A stretch of 64,000 bases of DNA. Origin: Trichosphaerium sp. ATCC 40318 (lineage: Eukaryota; Protista; Tubulinea). The notes under the pieces are model-generated. The model worked only from the letters and a program-made list of their open reading frames with translations. It was not told the DNA's origin and ran no database searches. The first letter of the stretch is position 1. Every line of letters starts with the position of its first letter. Below, one piece after another: positions 12,017 through 24,321 of this stretch. The position numbers were made by a program, and so were the translations under genes. The stretch lies in the NCBI GenBank assembly GCA_038496445.1, contig JALMLS010000064.1, forward strand, positions 744,001-808,000. Direction: 5' to 3'.

Positions 12017-13137
12017 ATGTCTAAAACAATCGACAGCAGTACGTTAAATCACGTGTTTATTGAATAAACAATTTACGAAAACCGTTTAGAAACTGCCAAT
12101 GGAAAATCTTCTGCTGCTCCTGTCTGTACGTGTTTGCTTTGCTTTCTTTCGAAAATTTCGCTAACGAGTTTGTTAGTTGCAAGTACCAATACTGTTGAGC
12201 GACAAATACCGGGTCTAGGTACCCAAGTGCGTAACCAAGCACCCGCGGACAATTTACACGAAAAGAAATTACAGTACGGTTTTCGTGTATAACTTTTTTA
12301 ACCTGTCAAACTTGTTTGCTCGAAATTTTTTTAAACTTTTGCTTTAGATCTCTCCCACAAACAATAACTCCCGAGGGGAATCAATTGATAGACGGTATGG
12401 CATACATAGGCATCTTAAACATATCTGTGTTCTTCCTCGCGCTGCGGCAGCTTTGTGATGTATTCTTTCAGCTTGTCTATTCCGCGTCCAAAAAGGGAGT
12501 TTTCTGGGATGGGAACATCTTTGCCGGCCGAGATTTCACGTTTTGGGCGAAATTTTTAGTCAATGATAACTGGGCTAAGTTCGTTACGTTCTTTCAGCTG
12601 GGGGCGGATGAACAAGAAACTATGATGTATATTTTAGACCATTTAACTGTCTATCGAAACGTTGTAGCACATGATGATATGCAGCCCCTACCCTCGTCGA
12701 AGAAGAAGATAGACGACTATGACTTTGAAAACTCCATTCCACACTCGGTTGAGCTTGTGAATAGAGCTTTAGAAATACTCGGGTTTCAGTCGAACCAAAC
12801 CATAGAGTACCGCCGCAAAGGTACGTCTTCCGTTTCTTATTTTTTTCCATATTGGTGCCTTGTTTGTTGCTAACTGTTTGTAGCATGTTTGAATTTTATT
12901 GAGCAAGAATATGGCACAGTTAATAAAGCGGCAGCTTACTTTATGACTCAGGCTCAGTTGAGCCGACACGTTGAGGAGAAGACGCAAAGCCAAGCTAATA
13001 GAATTGCAGAACTAGAATGTAAACTTGAAAAAGCAGAAAAGACGATTAAATCATTGAAACGCAAAAGAGGAAAAGGCACAGATAGTGATGAATTGGACCG
13101 TCCAAAAAAAAAAGAGAAACAAGCACCAAAGAAGTGA
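12017..13137 (+). CDS. HEPN-domain (Swt1/Abi-like, RxxxxH) putative ribonuclease with C-terminal coiled coil and basic NLS
   Basis: Five exons join in frame from ATG 12017. Contains DFTFWAKFLVNDNWAKFVTFF...LDHLTVYRNVVAH, then RIAELECKLEKAEKTIKSLKRKR and PKKKEK. Confidence 0.65.
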
Positions 13138-13630
13138 ACACAACGATTGGTATTCAAACTTTGTAGATAGATAATAAATATAGCTTTATCCTCTCCTGTC
13201 AATAGCGTAGCCAAGGTTATACGACCTGGCAGCGACCACATTTCTAATTCCCAATGTGCAGTTTAAATTGTTCATACTTGTAAGGTCTTGAACGCCTATT
13301 GGAGTTGCCGAAAGGTATCTTTACTTATGCAATGACTAATAAATACAGTCTTATCGCGTTTGGTGTTTTAGCGGCTCATGATACAATAACAAAAATAATG
13401 AAACTCTTCATAATTTGATTGTTCAATCAACCACTGTGGATCACCGTATGTTTCAATTTAGCCGGTGATATTTTCATGAGTTAATGTTGTGAAGGGCACC
13501 GTCAATGTTTTGAGGACTTGTCTAAAAACAATCCATTATTTTCCGTTTCAGTCAAGTTAGTCCACCCGTTTTTCACCCTGTCACGCGTCAGTATTTTCGG
13601 TAATACCTTTAAAAAATTCCTCAAGCGTAT

Positions 13631-14000
13631 TACAATAGGGTATGTACTTAACAGCGTCATTATCTTAATGGGTACCTTGAAGGAGAGTACAAAGGTTGGT
13701 ACACTAATGACCAAATGAAAGAGAAGTGTTATTATGCAAAGGATAAAAAAACCGGAGAGTACAATCTCTATTACCCTGCAGGTCAACTATGGCAGCAGAC
13801 TTATTATGTTAAAGGTTTGCGTCAAGGAGAATACAAGTGTTGGTACCTTGAGACAGCATACTCTGTATTTCAAAGATAAAAGAGTGAAAAAGCAATGTTT
13901 TTATTTAAATGAGAAACGAGAAGGAGATTATCATTGTTGGTATTACACTGGCCAACTCAAGAGGCATCGTTATTATGTAGGTGGTGAAGAAAAGATTAAT
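13631..14000 (+). pseudogene. Decayed intronless MORN2/YwqK-type repeat gene (giant-virus- or bacteria-like)
   Basis: HYLNGYLEGEYKGWYTNDQMKEKCYYAKDKKTGEYNLYYPAGQLWQQTYYVKGLRQGEYKCWY, then a frame change to KQCFYLNEKREGDYHCWYYTGQLKRHRYY. In-frame TAA at 13649-13651. Confidence 0.65.
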
Positions 14001-14488
14001 GCTACTGAGCACTTTATGGGCCAGCATCATTTGTCACACTGGCAACGAATAATCACATGTTGTATAAAAATTACAACCTGCCACGTGACAGCTGACATCC
14101 ATCAATAAGGTTCGTGTTAAAGGGGATTGTTGCAGTGTTCTAATATCTTTGCACGTTCTTGTTATTTCCTTAAGTAAACGAGTAGTAAGCACCACTTGAT
14201 ACCCTAGATTTGACTAGCCTCATCATGCTGGAAAGCGGCTGTACACAGCAACGGAATAATCGATAGATAAATAAAAAAAAGAAAAATCAGCTCATGCATG
14301 CAACTATTTTTGCGGACAACTGCACTTTTGTCGTATCTATAAAGCACTACGCCAAAAGTGTATTAACACACTTGCTACCAAATTGAGATGCAACCTTACA
14401 CGATACATTTTAAGGAAGAATTTCAAAGACAGTCAAGATTGCTCTCTTTTCTTTTTGCAATCATGATGACGTTATTTATTTACTGTTT

Positions 14489-17400
14489 TCATCGATAACA
14501 ACGTACTATTGAATTAGCTTGGCTCCCTGTCGGTGTCATGATACCTCGCGATGGATTTTCTGTGTTTATGGTTAGTCACAATGACGCAGCATGAAATCCT
14601 TTTTTTCTGGTTTTTTTGTCACATACCTGAGTTTGGAAGAAGAGGATGACTTTTTGGAATCCTCAAAGGTGGTTTCCGCTTATCATACGTCATTTTAATA
14701 TCTGGTCGGAACTGGTTTATAGTAGATCCAATACTGTCAGCATCACCTTCCCAAGAATATGGTATAGGAACCAAGCAAAGTCCTGCAAAACAAATAAGGT
14801 TATTCTCTGAATATTTTTTATGTAGTTAGGCTTTGGGCGTACCATACTCGTCACATTTTTGTTGCTTTTCTGCATCTCGTACACTGAATATCATAGATGG
14901 CGCCACGTGAGCCATAACATCATGGTAGTGTTGCTCTCCTGTAGAAGAATGTAAAAACTAGAAAAAAGTCTAAAAGGAATACCTTGGTATTCAATTGCTA
15001 GATTGTGCTTTGGAATAAATATATCTACAGTCAATAAGGCTCCGCCACCTGAATCTCTAGATCCTATGGTATGTTCCTCTAAATGGGGTGTATCATTAGC
15101 AACAGTGGTTTATGGATTCTGTTTACCTTCCACAGGAACATCTGGTAAAAGTGTTTGAATGCAACGAAGAAGCTCCCTGTTTTAGTTTAGTAAATACACT
15201 ATAGTGTTTTTGTTTGGTTGTACCTCTGCCTGGCTTTCTTATTGAAGTATTTAAAGTTTGCCCATATCCATTTAGAATGGGGATAAAGAGATTTCAATGC
15301 GAAAGGAAAATATTTTAAAACACCTCCACCTCCGGCTTCTAACAGTTTTGATGAAGAAACGGCATACCTATATTTTCAAGGAGTAAATATTTTATAATAA
15401 TACTAGAAACTTTGTTTACCAGTCTTCAGGGTCTTGTACGTTCAAAGCAGTTTCAGTGCTCTTTAGGAAATTTGCAACATTGTACTTATCCTTCCAGTAT
15501 CCTGACACGTGAGCAGTCTCTTGTCTCCTTTATGAAGAAAATTAGAACTTTGAGAAGGAGGCGACATAAATCAGGAAAGATAAAAGTAGTTCACTTGCTT
15601 GTAAAGGAAGAGGTGATTGATCCATCTGTATTCATCGTATATCGCTTTTAGTGCACGAGATAACGAGTTATCATATCTTAGAGGTGGTCAATTAGATTCA
15701 GTCACATGATGATAGTTACCTTCCCATAATACCATAGCCAGCAGGAACTTTAATAACATGTTTTACTGACATGACATACCAATCAGATAGAACTTTGATA
15801 TTCAACTGTCTACTAATTTCGTCCATACCATCTCTTTGATGGCGTTTATGATGCCAATGGCCTTGCGGCATATTTCTAGTACATTTGTAATTAAAGAAGG
15901 CACAAAAGAGATGAACATTGAGGAGTAAAAGAACATACTTAAAGCTAGTGACACTCCAAGTTTTCTCTGGGTATATCGTTGATAGAGCTCGAAAAAGAGA
16001 GTTTGAGTACCTTTGCAACCGAGTTAGTTTGTCATTACAAATAATATATATGACGTACTTGTGAATAATTGCAGTGCCACCATATGCGATAATATCTCGA
16101 ACATTGGTTTTATACCAATCGTCAAAAACTTTAACAAGTAATGCTTTTCCAATCTCCTCAAATCGAGCTCTCTGATGATCCAAGTCAGCCCAATACCATC
16201 TTGGTGCTCTACCACAATTTTAAGAACATGTCATTAAAGCAGACAACTATTGTGCTAGCTAAGAATCGTACTTGAAGTGATTTGTATTCCATTTAAACGA
16301 AGGATACAGTTTACGTAAAATTTGAGGCATTGTTTTGTATCTAAGAGAGGGATTGTTAGTTTGATTGTGTTGGTTTTTTTTATGGTTTCACATGCTTCTG
16401 TACTATCATGTTAGCTCCCATTCCTATGATATCACTTGGTGTTACATCATACCAACCATCAAGTGTCTTTAAACCGAACTCATACGCGATGTCGTTCAAT
16501 TTTTCTCTTTGTACAGTTTTTGTTCCCCAATGCCTTGCAGGTATATATTTGAACTTCCACATAGCCCAATCATACTCGAATGTATCATTCAAAGCGTAAT
16601 ATATATTCTTGTACCTATACAATACTAATATAAATCACGTGATTCTAAGATACTCAACGTGAATGAAGAAAAACGCTGACGTACTTTGCATCTGGATTTA
16701 CGATTGCATCTAGTGGCGGTACTTCCTTAACTGAGTACCATCCATCCAGTGTCTTTAAATTTAATCTACGTGCATGCATGTTGAACCATTGTGATCTGCT
16801 TTCTCGTTGTATTTCTTCATCAAGAGCAATCCAGTTGTACATAGGATAAATCTTCTTCAAAGCACCTTTAAAAGATCCGTTGTACCTTTTGCGTATGAGC
16901 TTAATAACGGTTGTATGATGACGTACTTAACAAGTACACTTGCTATTTTCTTTATACCACTAGTAGCAACGTCATACCACATGTCGAATGTCTTAATGTT
17001 CTCAGTTTTACCAACACTATCAAAAAGTTCTCTTTGATTCACTACTTCAAACCAGTGATGTTGAGCAACGCGTCTATAATAGGTATAAGAATAATTTTTA
17101 TTTTCTTATCACGTGCTTAAACTTATGAAGACTAAGGTTGTATTCTGGGTACAGTGCTTGAACAGCCCTCGACAAAGAATGATTGTAACTGCATGACAAA
17201 GATTAAGAACAAACTGAGAATAGAGTTCCGTACTGACTAAGAACTCCTGCTCCACCAAGTTCCACTACATCTGTCCAAGATGCATTGTACCATCCATATA
17301 TGGTATCAATCTCTAGAGCTTTACCTATTCTATCAAAACACTCCCGCTGGTGAGCCTTGCTGTGAAAGTGACCGACAGGTATTTTGCTAAAATATTTTGA

Positions 17401-17895
17401 GTACAAAACTCTTTAGTTGGTTGTTTGTACTTGAACTTTGCAGGAAGCCATTGAAAGTCAGGGAATGTAGACTTTAACGTGCGAGACAAAGAGTTACCAT
17501 ACCTAGGAGGTACAAACATGCATTAGAGTTGCGTAATTTAACAGCTATTTCATACTTGGTAAATATGCTCCCACCGCCAATAAATATCAGTAATTTGAGC
17601 GAAACTGTGTACCTTAGGGTATATTACGTAACAATACAGTCAGTTGAATGTGTACCATCCATCTAACGTTTTGATATTTAGGTATTGCCCGTATTTGTTG
17701 AAGTGAGCCTGCTGAGACGCTATTTCTTGAAGTTGCCATGTGTCTTGTACTGATGTGAAAACCTTTGCGCGTTCTGTAGCTCATATAAATATTCTTGTAC
17801 GTTACGGTGTACATACGTTCTGTTGGAGTGTATTGTGAGCGTCGGTGGCGTCTTGTACACTTCCGGTTAATTGCAAGTACATTTGCCACTTTCAT
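14489..17895 (-). CDS. 'DWY' tandem-repeat protein, paralog 3 (8 repeats) with C-terminal PD-(D/E)XK (RAP/DUF559/Vsr-like) nuclease domain
   Basis: Repeats centred on LDGWY, IYGWY, FDMWY, LDGWY, LDGWY, FDDWY, LSDWY and PEDWY. Spliced C-terminus: QR|ELLRCIQTLLPDVPVE|EEHT...LTVDIFIPKHNLAIEYQG|EQHYH...RDAEKQQKCDEYG|LCLVPIPYSW. Confidence 0.85.
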
Positions 17896-18146
17896 GAGTC
17901 CGCGGCTATTACACCAGTCTAGTTATGATATTTGTTGACAACTTGACACCTGCTTGGTATTGAGCGGCTGTTAAAACTTGATTAATGTACCTTCCAGCAC
18001 GCGAATGATACATAGCATGCCCAAGCTGCGTTCTGTTGGTTTAAACAAGTCTCTGTATTTCAAAATTTCTAAATCAATTATATTCTGACGCTAAAAGCAT
18101 GGGTTATTAATCGCCAAGCGTATGAGTGGTATGTTAACGCCTTTAT

Positions 18147-21100
18147 TTGGAAAAAAATAACCCGCCGTTAGTGGGAGCGTACGACTATGAGCCATGGTCA
18201 AGTCCTGGCGTTTTACGACGATATTCTTCAAGTAAATCGAAAGAAAAGCATATTTCCGTTCATTACTGTGGTACAGATGAATTCCACCAAATGTATACCA
18301 AAAACAAGTTCTCATGGGTGCCAAGACCCTTCAACGAGGTAGAAATGAAGTTATGCCATTTTGACACTAAAATTTTCTGCAAAAGTGTGATGGATACCCA
18401 ACTAGCGTAACAAGCGGTACAGGGCACTGGAGTTTTACTACAGGCACGTCACGTCTAGATCAGCGATTTTTAAACAGAATTTTTCAGAAAACGGCGAAAT
18501 CTACACTTGGGGCCTCAATGAGTATGGCCAGCTTGGTCTTGGTGATAATAAAATCCGCAAGATACCAACTCGTGTCACTTCCTTAATTACCCACTACGTG
18601 TGCCAGGTATCATGCGGCGCAATGCATTCGCTATGTGTAACACGTGCGTTATTCCCGAAAAGTTGGGAGAGTTTACTTTTTATAACGTTCTTTAGGTGGT
18701 GGGCGTGTTTGGTCTTGGGGATTGAATGATAACCTACAGTAAGCCTAATGTGTATGTATGATAACTACTAACATTTTCAGGCTTGGTGTAGGCGCAGGAA
18801 CGAGTACTGTTAGTCACAGAGAAAGCAAACCAAGACTTGTCAATTTCTTTGTACAACAAAATAAATCTGTGTGCGCAGTTATGGCAGGATACAAACACTC
18901 AGCAGCACTAACGAGTAAGCGAAAATAGCAGTTAAATATACTAATTAAAGATTAGCTGATGGCCAAGCATATACTTGGGGAGGTGAGAAGGTTGTGGTGA
19001 TCAAACATACTTACTAAATTTGTTTTTTACAGGTAATTTGTACGGTCAATGTGGCGTCGAAGATCCCGAAAAGGTGCTCTAAACTACTATGCCGTACCTC
19101 TTATTATCTATCAAAGACCTCAAAGATACCAGAACCGTCTCTAGTACTACCTAATAGCGATAAACCATTAACAGCACTGAGTATTGCTTGTGGATGGTAT
19201 CACACATTGTTTATTTTCTCCAATGGAACTATGACGTTTGTTTATGCGGTTGGCAAAGGTACTAATATAAGGCTCGCTTTCTATCTACTTATAATTGCAC
19301 AAGGTGTTGATGGCCAACTTGGCCTAGGTAGCTCTGGAAATGAGCACACACCTGTTATTATAGATGCATTGATGAGCTACCAAGTTGTTTCTGTATAACT
19401 CGTCCCTCTGTTTTTCCAATTTCTCATTTGTTTTTAGATAGCAGCTGGGGCTTGTCACTCATCCGCTGTGAGTACAAATGGAACTCTGTTAACATGGTAC
19501 AATTGCTTTGGACATTATTGTTGGTCGCTGATTTACATAGGGGCGATAATAAGTATGGTCAGCTTGGTGTTGAGGGTGATCGTCAGTCTAGGCCATGTAG
19601 GGTTTCCATTCCTAAAGTTGAGCAAGTAAGCTGTGGTGGATATCATACAGCTGTAGTTAACGGTACGACGATAATTGTAGAAAGGAACCGTGGTCTTAGT
19701 GCTTTGTAATTAGAGTATGGCGTATGGATGTTTGGCAGAGGGGAGCACGGTCAGTTAGGTTTGGATATGGGTGTAAAATCAACACAAACACCCAAGCGTA
19801 TGGGTACGAGACACTACATAAACTACTAGATTCATAATTTACGTTAAGATGTTGTACACTATGACGAAGTTAGCAAGCTATATCTGGGATTTAGCAATAC
19901 TGTGATAGTAACATTTAGTATGAACCATGAACGAGAGCGTATTATTAGACAAGTGATCAATGTGTGTACTCGACTTTTTTTTTGTATTGATTGTTTTTTT
20001 TTCCTTTCTTTTTGTGTCTTGGTGCTGATGTTTATATTAGATTGAGAGAATGTATCGCGTTACTCTAGATCTTATTGTAAATGAGTTTTTAACGCCTTTA
20101 CGTGTGGCTCGCTTGTCAATAACAAAGGGAACTAATATTGATCCGGAGACTATTTTTTTCATCTTTTGTAATGTTGAAGCATTACTCACGACCTCTACAA
20201 AGTACGTAGTCCACCCATTCTAAGCCGACTAGTTAATGCCATTTTAGATTCTTCCAAGAGCTATGGTTTACACGATACAAGTCTACACTACAGTGTGTTC
20301 CGTTTAACATTGGCGAACTTTTTCTAAATATGGTACCTTGATGTCTTTTTTCTTTTCAATGCTAACTTAGTGCCATCAATAGAATTATGACACGCTCATG
20401 GATTATGTGGATAACAGGACTAATTCTATAGCGACAATGGCTCTTGAAGAGTTCAATGATAATTCTGTTTTTGCAGCTTTTTTAGAGGTAAGTTGTTGTA
20501 CTGTAGCACGTGCTCTAACTAATTGTGATATTTAGAGGTGTTCAGATAATCTTCGTAAGAAATATGAAGATCAAGGCATAAACACAGACTTGTCTGCACT
20601 TCTTGAACTTCCTTTTAATCTGATAACACGATACGCTGAAGCTTTTGAGGTAGCTTGTAATATCTTGTTGAACTCATATCATTAATTTTTTATTAGCATT
20701 TGCTTGAGCACACTGATAAAAAGCACCCTGATCGTACTAGTATAAGAAAAGTTTTGGTGATGTTTGACACAATGCAAAATTGTATACAAGACAAGTAAGA
20801 GATGTATTATGTTTAATTGTGACGCTAATATTTGATTCAAAGAAAACGTGAAGCTATTTACACTGCAAAATTTTGGAAAGCACATCCGTCTTTTAGGTCT
20901 ATATGTAGTCCCAACAGGTTGTTGTTATTTAATACCTAGTGCTCATAATTTACATAGGCGGCTATTATGTAATTTTGGGGATAGGTGTTATGCTCAAGCC
21001 AAGTCTTCTTGGAGAGTAAAAAAATCTTGTGTTTTATTTAATGACATTTTGGCTTTGGCAGACCTTAACAACACCAACGCAAACGATACTGTTACTCTAG

Positions 21101-24033
21101 GTAACCTACCTTATTTCAGTGTATTGGTACTGTACTAACACCTAATTTACATAGATCTTACGTCATGTTGGTTCCTGCGTCATGAGAATGCCTCCGATTT
21201 ATCTTTCTATGTATATACCCCAGAATTGAGCCATGCAATCACTTGCAAAAGCAAGAATGATAAAGCTTCCGTAGCGAATATTTTGAGTCGTACTATAGGT
21301 GCTGCTTTACGTAGTACTTATGAGGAACATGGCCCAAAGAAAGGAGAAGAACCATTCGAAACAAAGGGAGACAATAGGTGCATAAAGTTGTTCATGTTGA
21401 AATTACCATTTTGGCTGTTGATATCCGCACCACTAGTGTGGGTTAAATTAACGGTAATTGATTTTAATGTAGTTACCGTTGGGCAATATATGAATTCTCA
21501 TCGGATCATCGAAAGTATCCTAATTGTACATACCGTGGAGAATGGCTTAATGGCAAAGTACAAACAAGCAAACTAACTCTTTTTGTTTATTGTTATTCAC
21601 AAATTTCTTTCTTTAGATGACTGGTAAGGGCACAATATCATATCCTAATGGCTCTCGGTATGAAGGAATGTGGAAGAATGGAGAGCAAACAGGAAAGGGA
21701 ACATTCACTGGTTCCAAGAACGGTAAGCTGCAGAATGAAAGTCTAACCATATTTCTTTGCAATTTTGCTAACATGTATTTTTTCCTTGTTAAGAGTACAT
21801 CTATGAGGGATATTGGAAGCACGGGAAACAAGATGGTCGCGGTGTACTACATAAAAAGACTAAAGGAGAGACTTTCCGTGGAGATTTTTCAGCTGGTAAG
21901 CGTCATGGATTTGGTACTTTGGAGGTATCCAACAGTATCTATACTGGGCAGTGGCAAGACGACAAGGTAATACAAAGATAGTTTATCGCAATTGTATAAC
22001 GTTTTGTAGCGGAGCGGATACGGAGCTTTCTTGTACGCGAATGGCGATAGATACATCGGCACGTGGAAGTCTGATATGGTGAGTCGAAGGAAATATACAT
22101 ATTTTTTTAACTCTATCTAGCGACATGGTGTTGGTATTTATATTTTTAATTACGGAGACTACTATGAAGGTCAATGGTATGAATTTCCAAACAATTATAC
22201 TATTTGCTTAGATTCTGGAAGAATGAAATTACATTGTTTGACGTTATGACAATCGTTGTTTTTCCACAAATTTACTTCGAGGAGAAGCGAATAGCGCACG
22301 TGGTTTAAGTATACTTATTTTTATTAAAGGGTCCATGATAATAAAGAAGGTAATGGCGTGATGGTTTATGCGCTTGATGAGAAACACTCTGCCTTTTACA
22401 GAGGTGGTATGTACATGAACGAAATTCTCATTTGTTTGTTCACCTTTTGTGAGTTTATTCTCATTTGTAACTTACTGTTCTATCCAGAATTTCCAGCTGG
22501 GAATGGCCAAGGATCTGGGGAGTTATCCTTTTCTGAAGCATTCAAAGTATCAGGATACTTTTCTGGTCAAATGGCAAGTGATAATTTTATGGCTACAGGA
22601 AACGTTGTAAGAAAACGTGTTCATGCTGGGTACTTAATCCATTTTTTCCCTTTATTTATTTCATGTGCTGTTGTATTTCAACTAATAAAAACTCTTAGGT
22701 CTCTCGGGTCTGTAAAAACCAAAGAGACGCTTGGAGCACCTTTGTACTTAGCTGAGCCATGGACGACTTTTTTCAGGAATCGGGTAATTTATACTGTTAT
22801 TTTTGTGTTGCATCTTTGAACTCACTTTGGCCCCTTAGTCGTATAGGAGTGACCAATATAATAGAGAAAAACAAATAGCTACTATAGAAAAACTTGGTCA
22901 CATACTATCTAGTCCTACAACTACGCTTGGTGCTCTTATTTTTGAGTTTGTTGAGATTTTAAAACTTGGGTTTGCTCATGAATCTAAAATCTCAAACGTG
23001 CTTCTTTCCAAGTGTGTATATGACGTAAAGCATTTCCACGGTACTAAATATTTATTCTCCCTCATATATGAAGATACTTCTTATTTACTAATTACATAAA
23101 AAAGAATCAATGCTTGATGTCACGTTGGACTACTTCAATACAAAGCATAAATCTAATATTACAGAAGAACAAGAAAATCATGTTCATGTTTTCATTGAAC
23201 AAGCCTTGTTTAATGGTGTTTATGGTATTGTTCATCCCCTTTATAAACATAAAGTACGTTAAAATAAGTTTTGTCAACGCTATTGTATGCTGACAAATTG
23301 TAATACAAAAGTTCGCAACGGTGAGCAAGGAATACAAGACTAGATTAAAGTTGCTTAATTCTGTTCCTTGGGTTCAATTACTTGAGCTCCTGGAGGTCGA
23401 TAAACGGTATGTTATCATGTGATAATGATTCCCTTTGGTTTTTATTCCATCACTGAATACATTTTACACGTGATGCGTTCTAATTGTTATGGTTAAGATT
23501 TTATGACGCTGAAGCGGATGAGACTCCTTTTTCAAAGGCTATCGGTATTCTTCAAGAAATGACAGAACAGAGATCTCCTACTAGCAAGCTAATGGTATTT
23601 GGAAGAATGCTTAAGGCAATGAATAAAGAGATTGGTACGCACGTAGGATCTTCAGTGGTGTTAGAGTACGTTATTATCAATCCAAAATGTGATTCTATGA
23701 ACAGCCGTGTCAACATTGTTTTTTTAATTGCTTTATTGTAGTTGGGATACTATGTTTACAACATTTTTATTTGTACTCCTTCGAGCGAAGCTGCCTGATT
23801 TGCATGTTGAAAGTGCATTCCTTTGTGATTTTATGTATCAACAGAGCAAGAAAGAGCAGCATGGAGCTTGGGTTTCTGTACGTTTTTTTTCTCTTTCAAT
23901 GTTTTCTACATACACTATCTCTGCTTACTCCTTGAAGCTTATGGAAGCAGCGTTAATGCATATTCTTATATATGATTGGCTACAGCATTTCAAAGTAGAG
24001 TACACACTAATTGTAAAAAAAAAAACAACTTGA
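18147..24033 (+). CDS. ALS2: Alsin (ALS2)-like GEF: RCC1 repeats-DH-PH-MORN repeats-VPS9 (start approximate)
   Basis: RCC1 (YTWGLNEYGQLGLGD, VSCGGYHT), DH (IERMYRVTLDLIVNEFLTPL), MORN (GKGTISYPNGSRYEGMWKNGEQTGKG) and VPS9 (EQRSPTSKL...DTMFTTFLFVLLRA), in alsin order. Confidence 0.8.
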
Positions 24034-24321
24034 GAACAAAACAAGCACAGGTCTTTTCAAAAAAAAAAATCAACATTCCAGTACTGGTTTCAGATTATTT
24101 CGTTTTATTTTTAACGGTTCTGGATGTCGGTATTAATTTAAAGTGACTGCCGTTTACACAGCAGTACTTCTACGAGCACAGGAGATTCGTGTAGGCAATT
24201 GTAAAATTACAGAATTTTCACCTCCGCTTAACGTCACTCATTATAATGTTAAACATCTTATAATGACCGCAATCTACATCTGTGTGGTAATGATTGAATG
24301 AATGGAACCTTTTTATTTGAT

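Noticed and set aside
5029-17895. Periodic GATTGGTA/TACCAATC-like motifs as a CRISPR-like or DNA repeat array
   Set aside because: The periodicity comes from conserved D-W-Y codons in protein repeats; the nucleotide sequence is otherwise divergent and has no repeat-spacer structure.
14489-17895. Repeat-nuclease gene as an autonomous mobile element or homing endonuclease
   Set aside because: It is intron-rich, and I saw no terminal repeats, target-site duplication, reverse transcriptase or transposase nearby.
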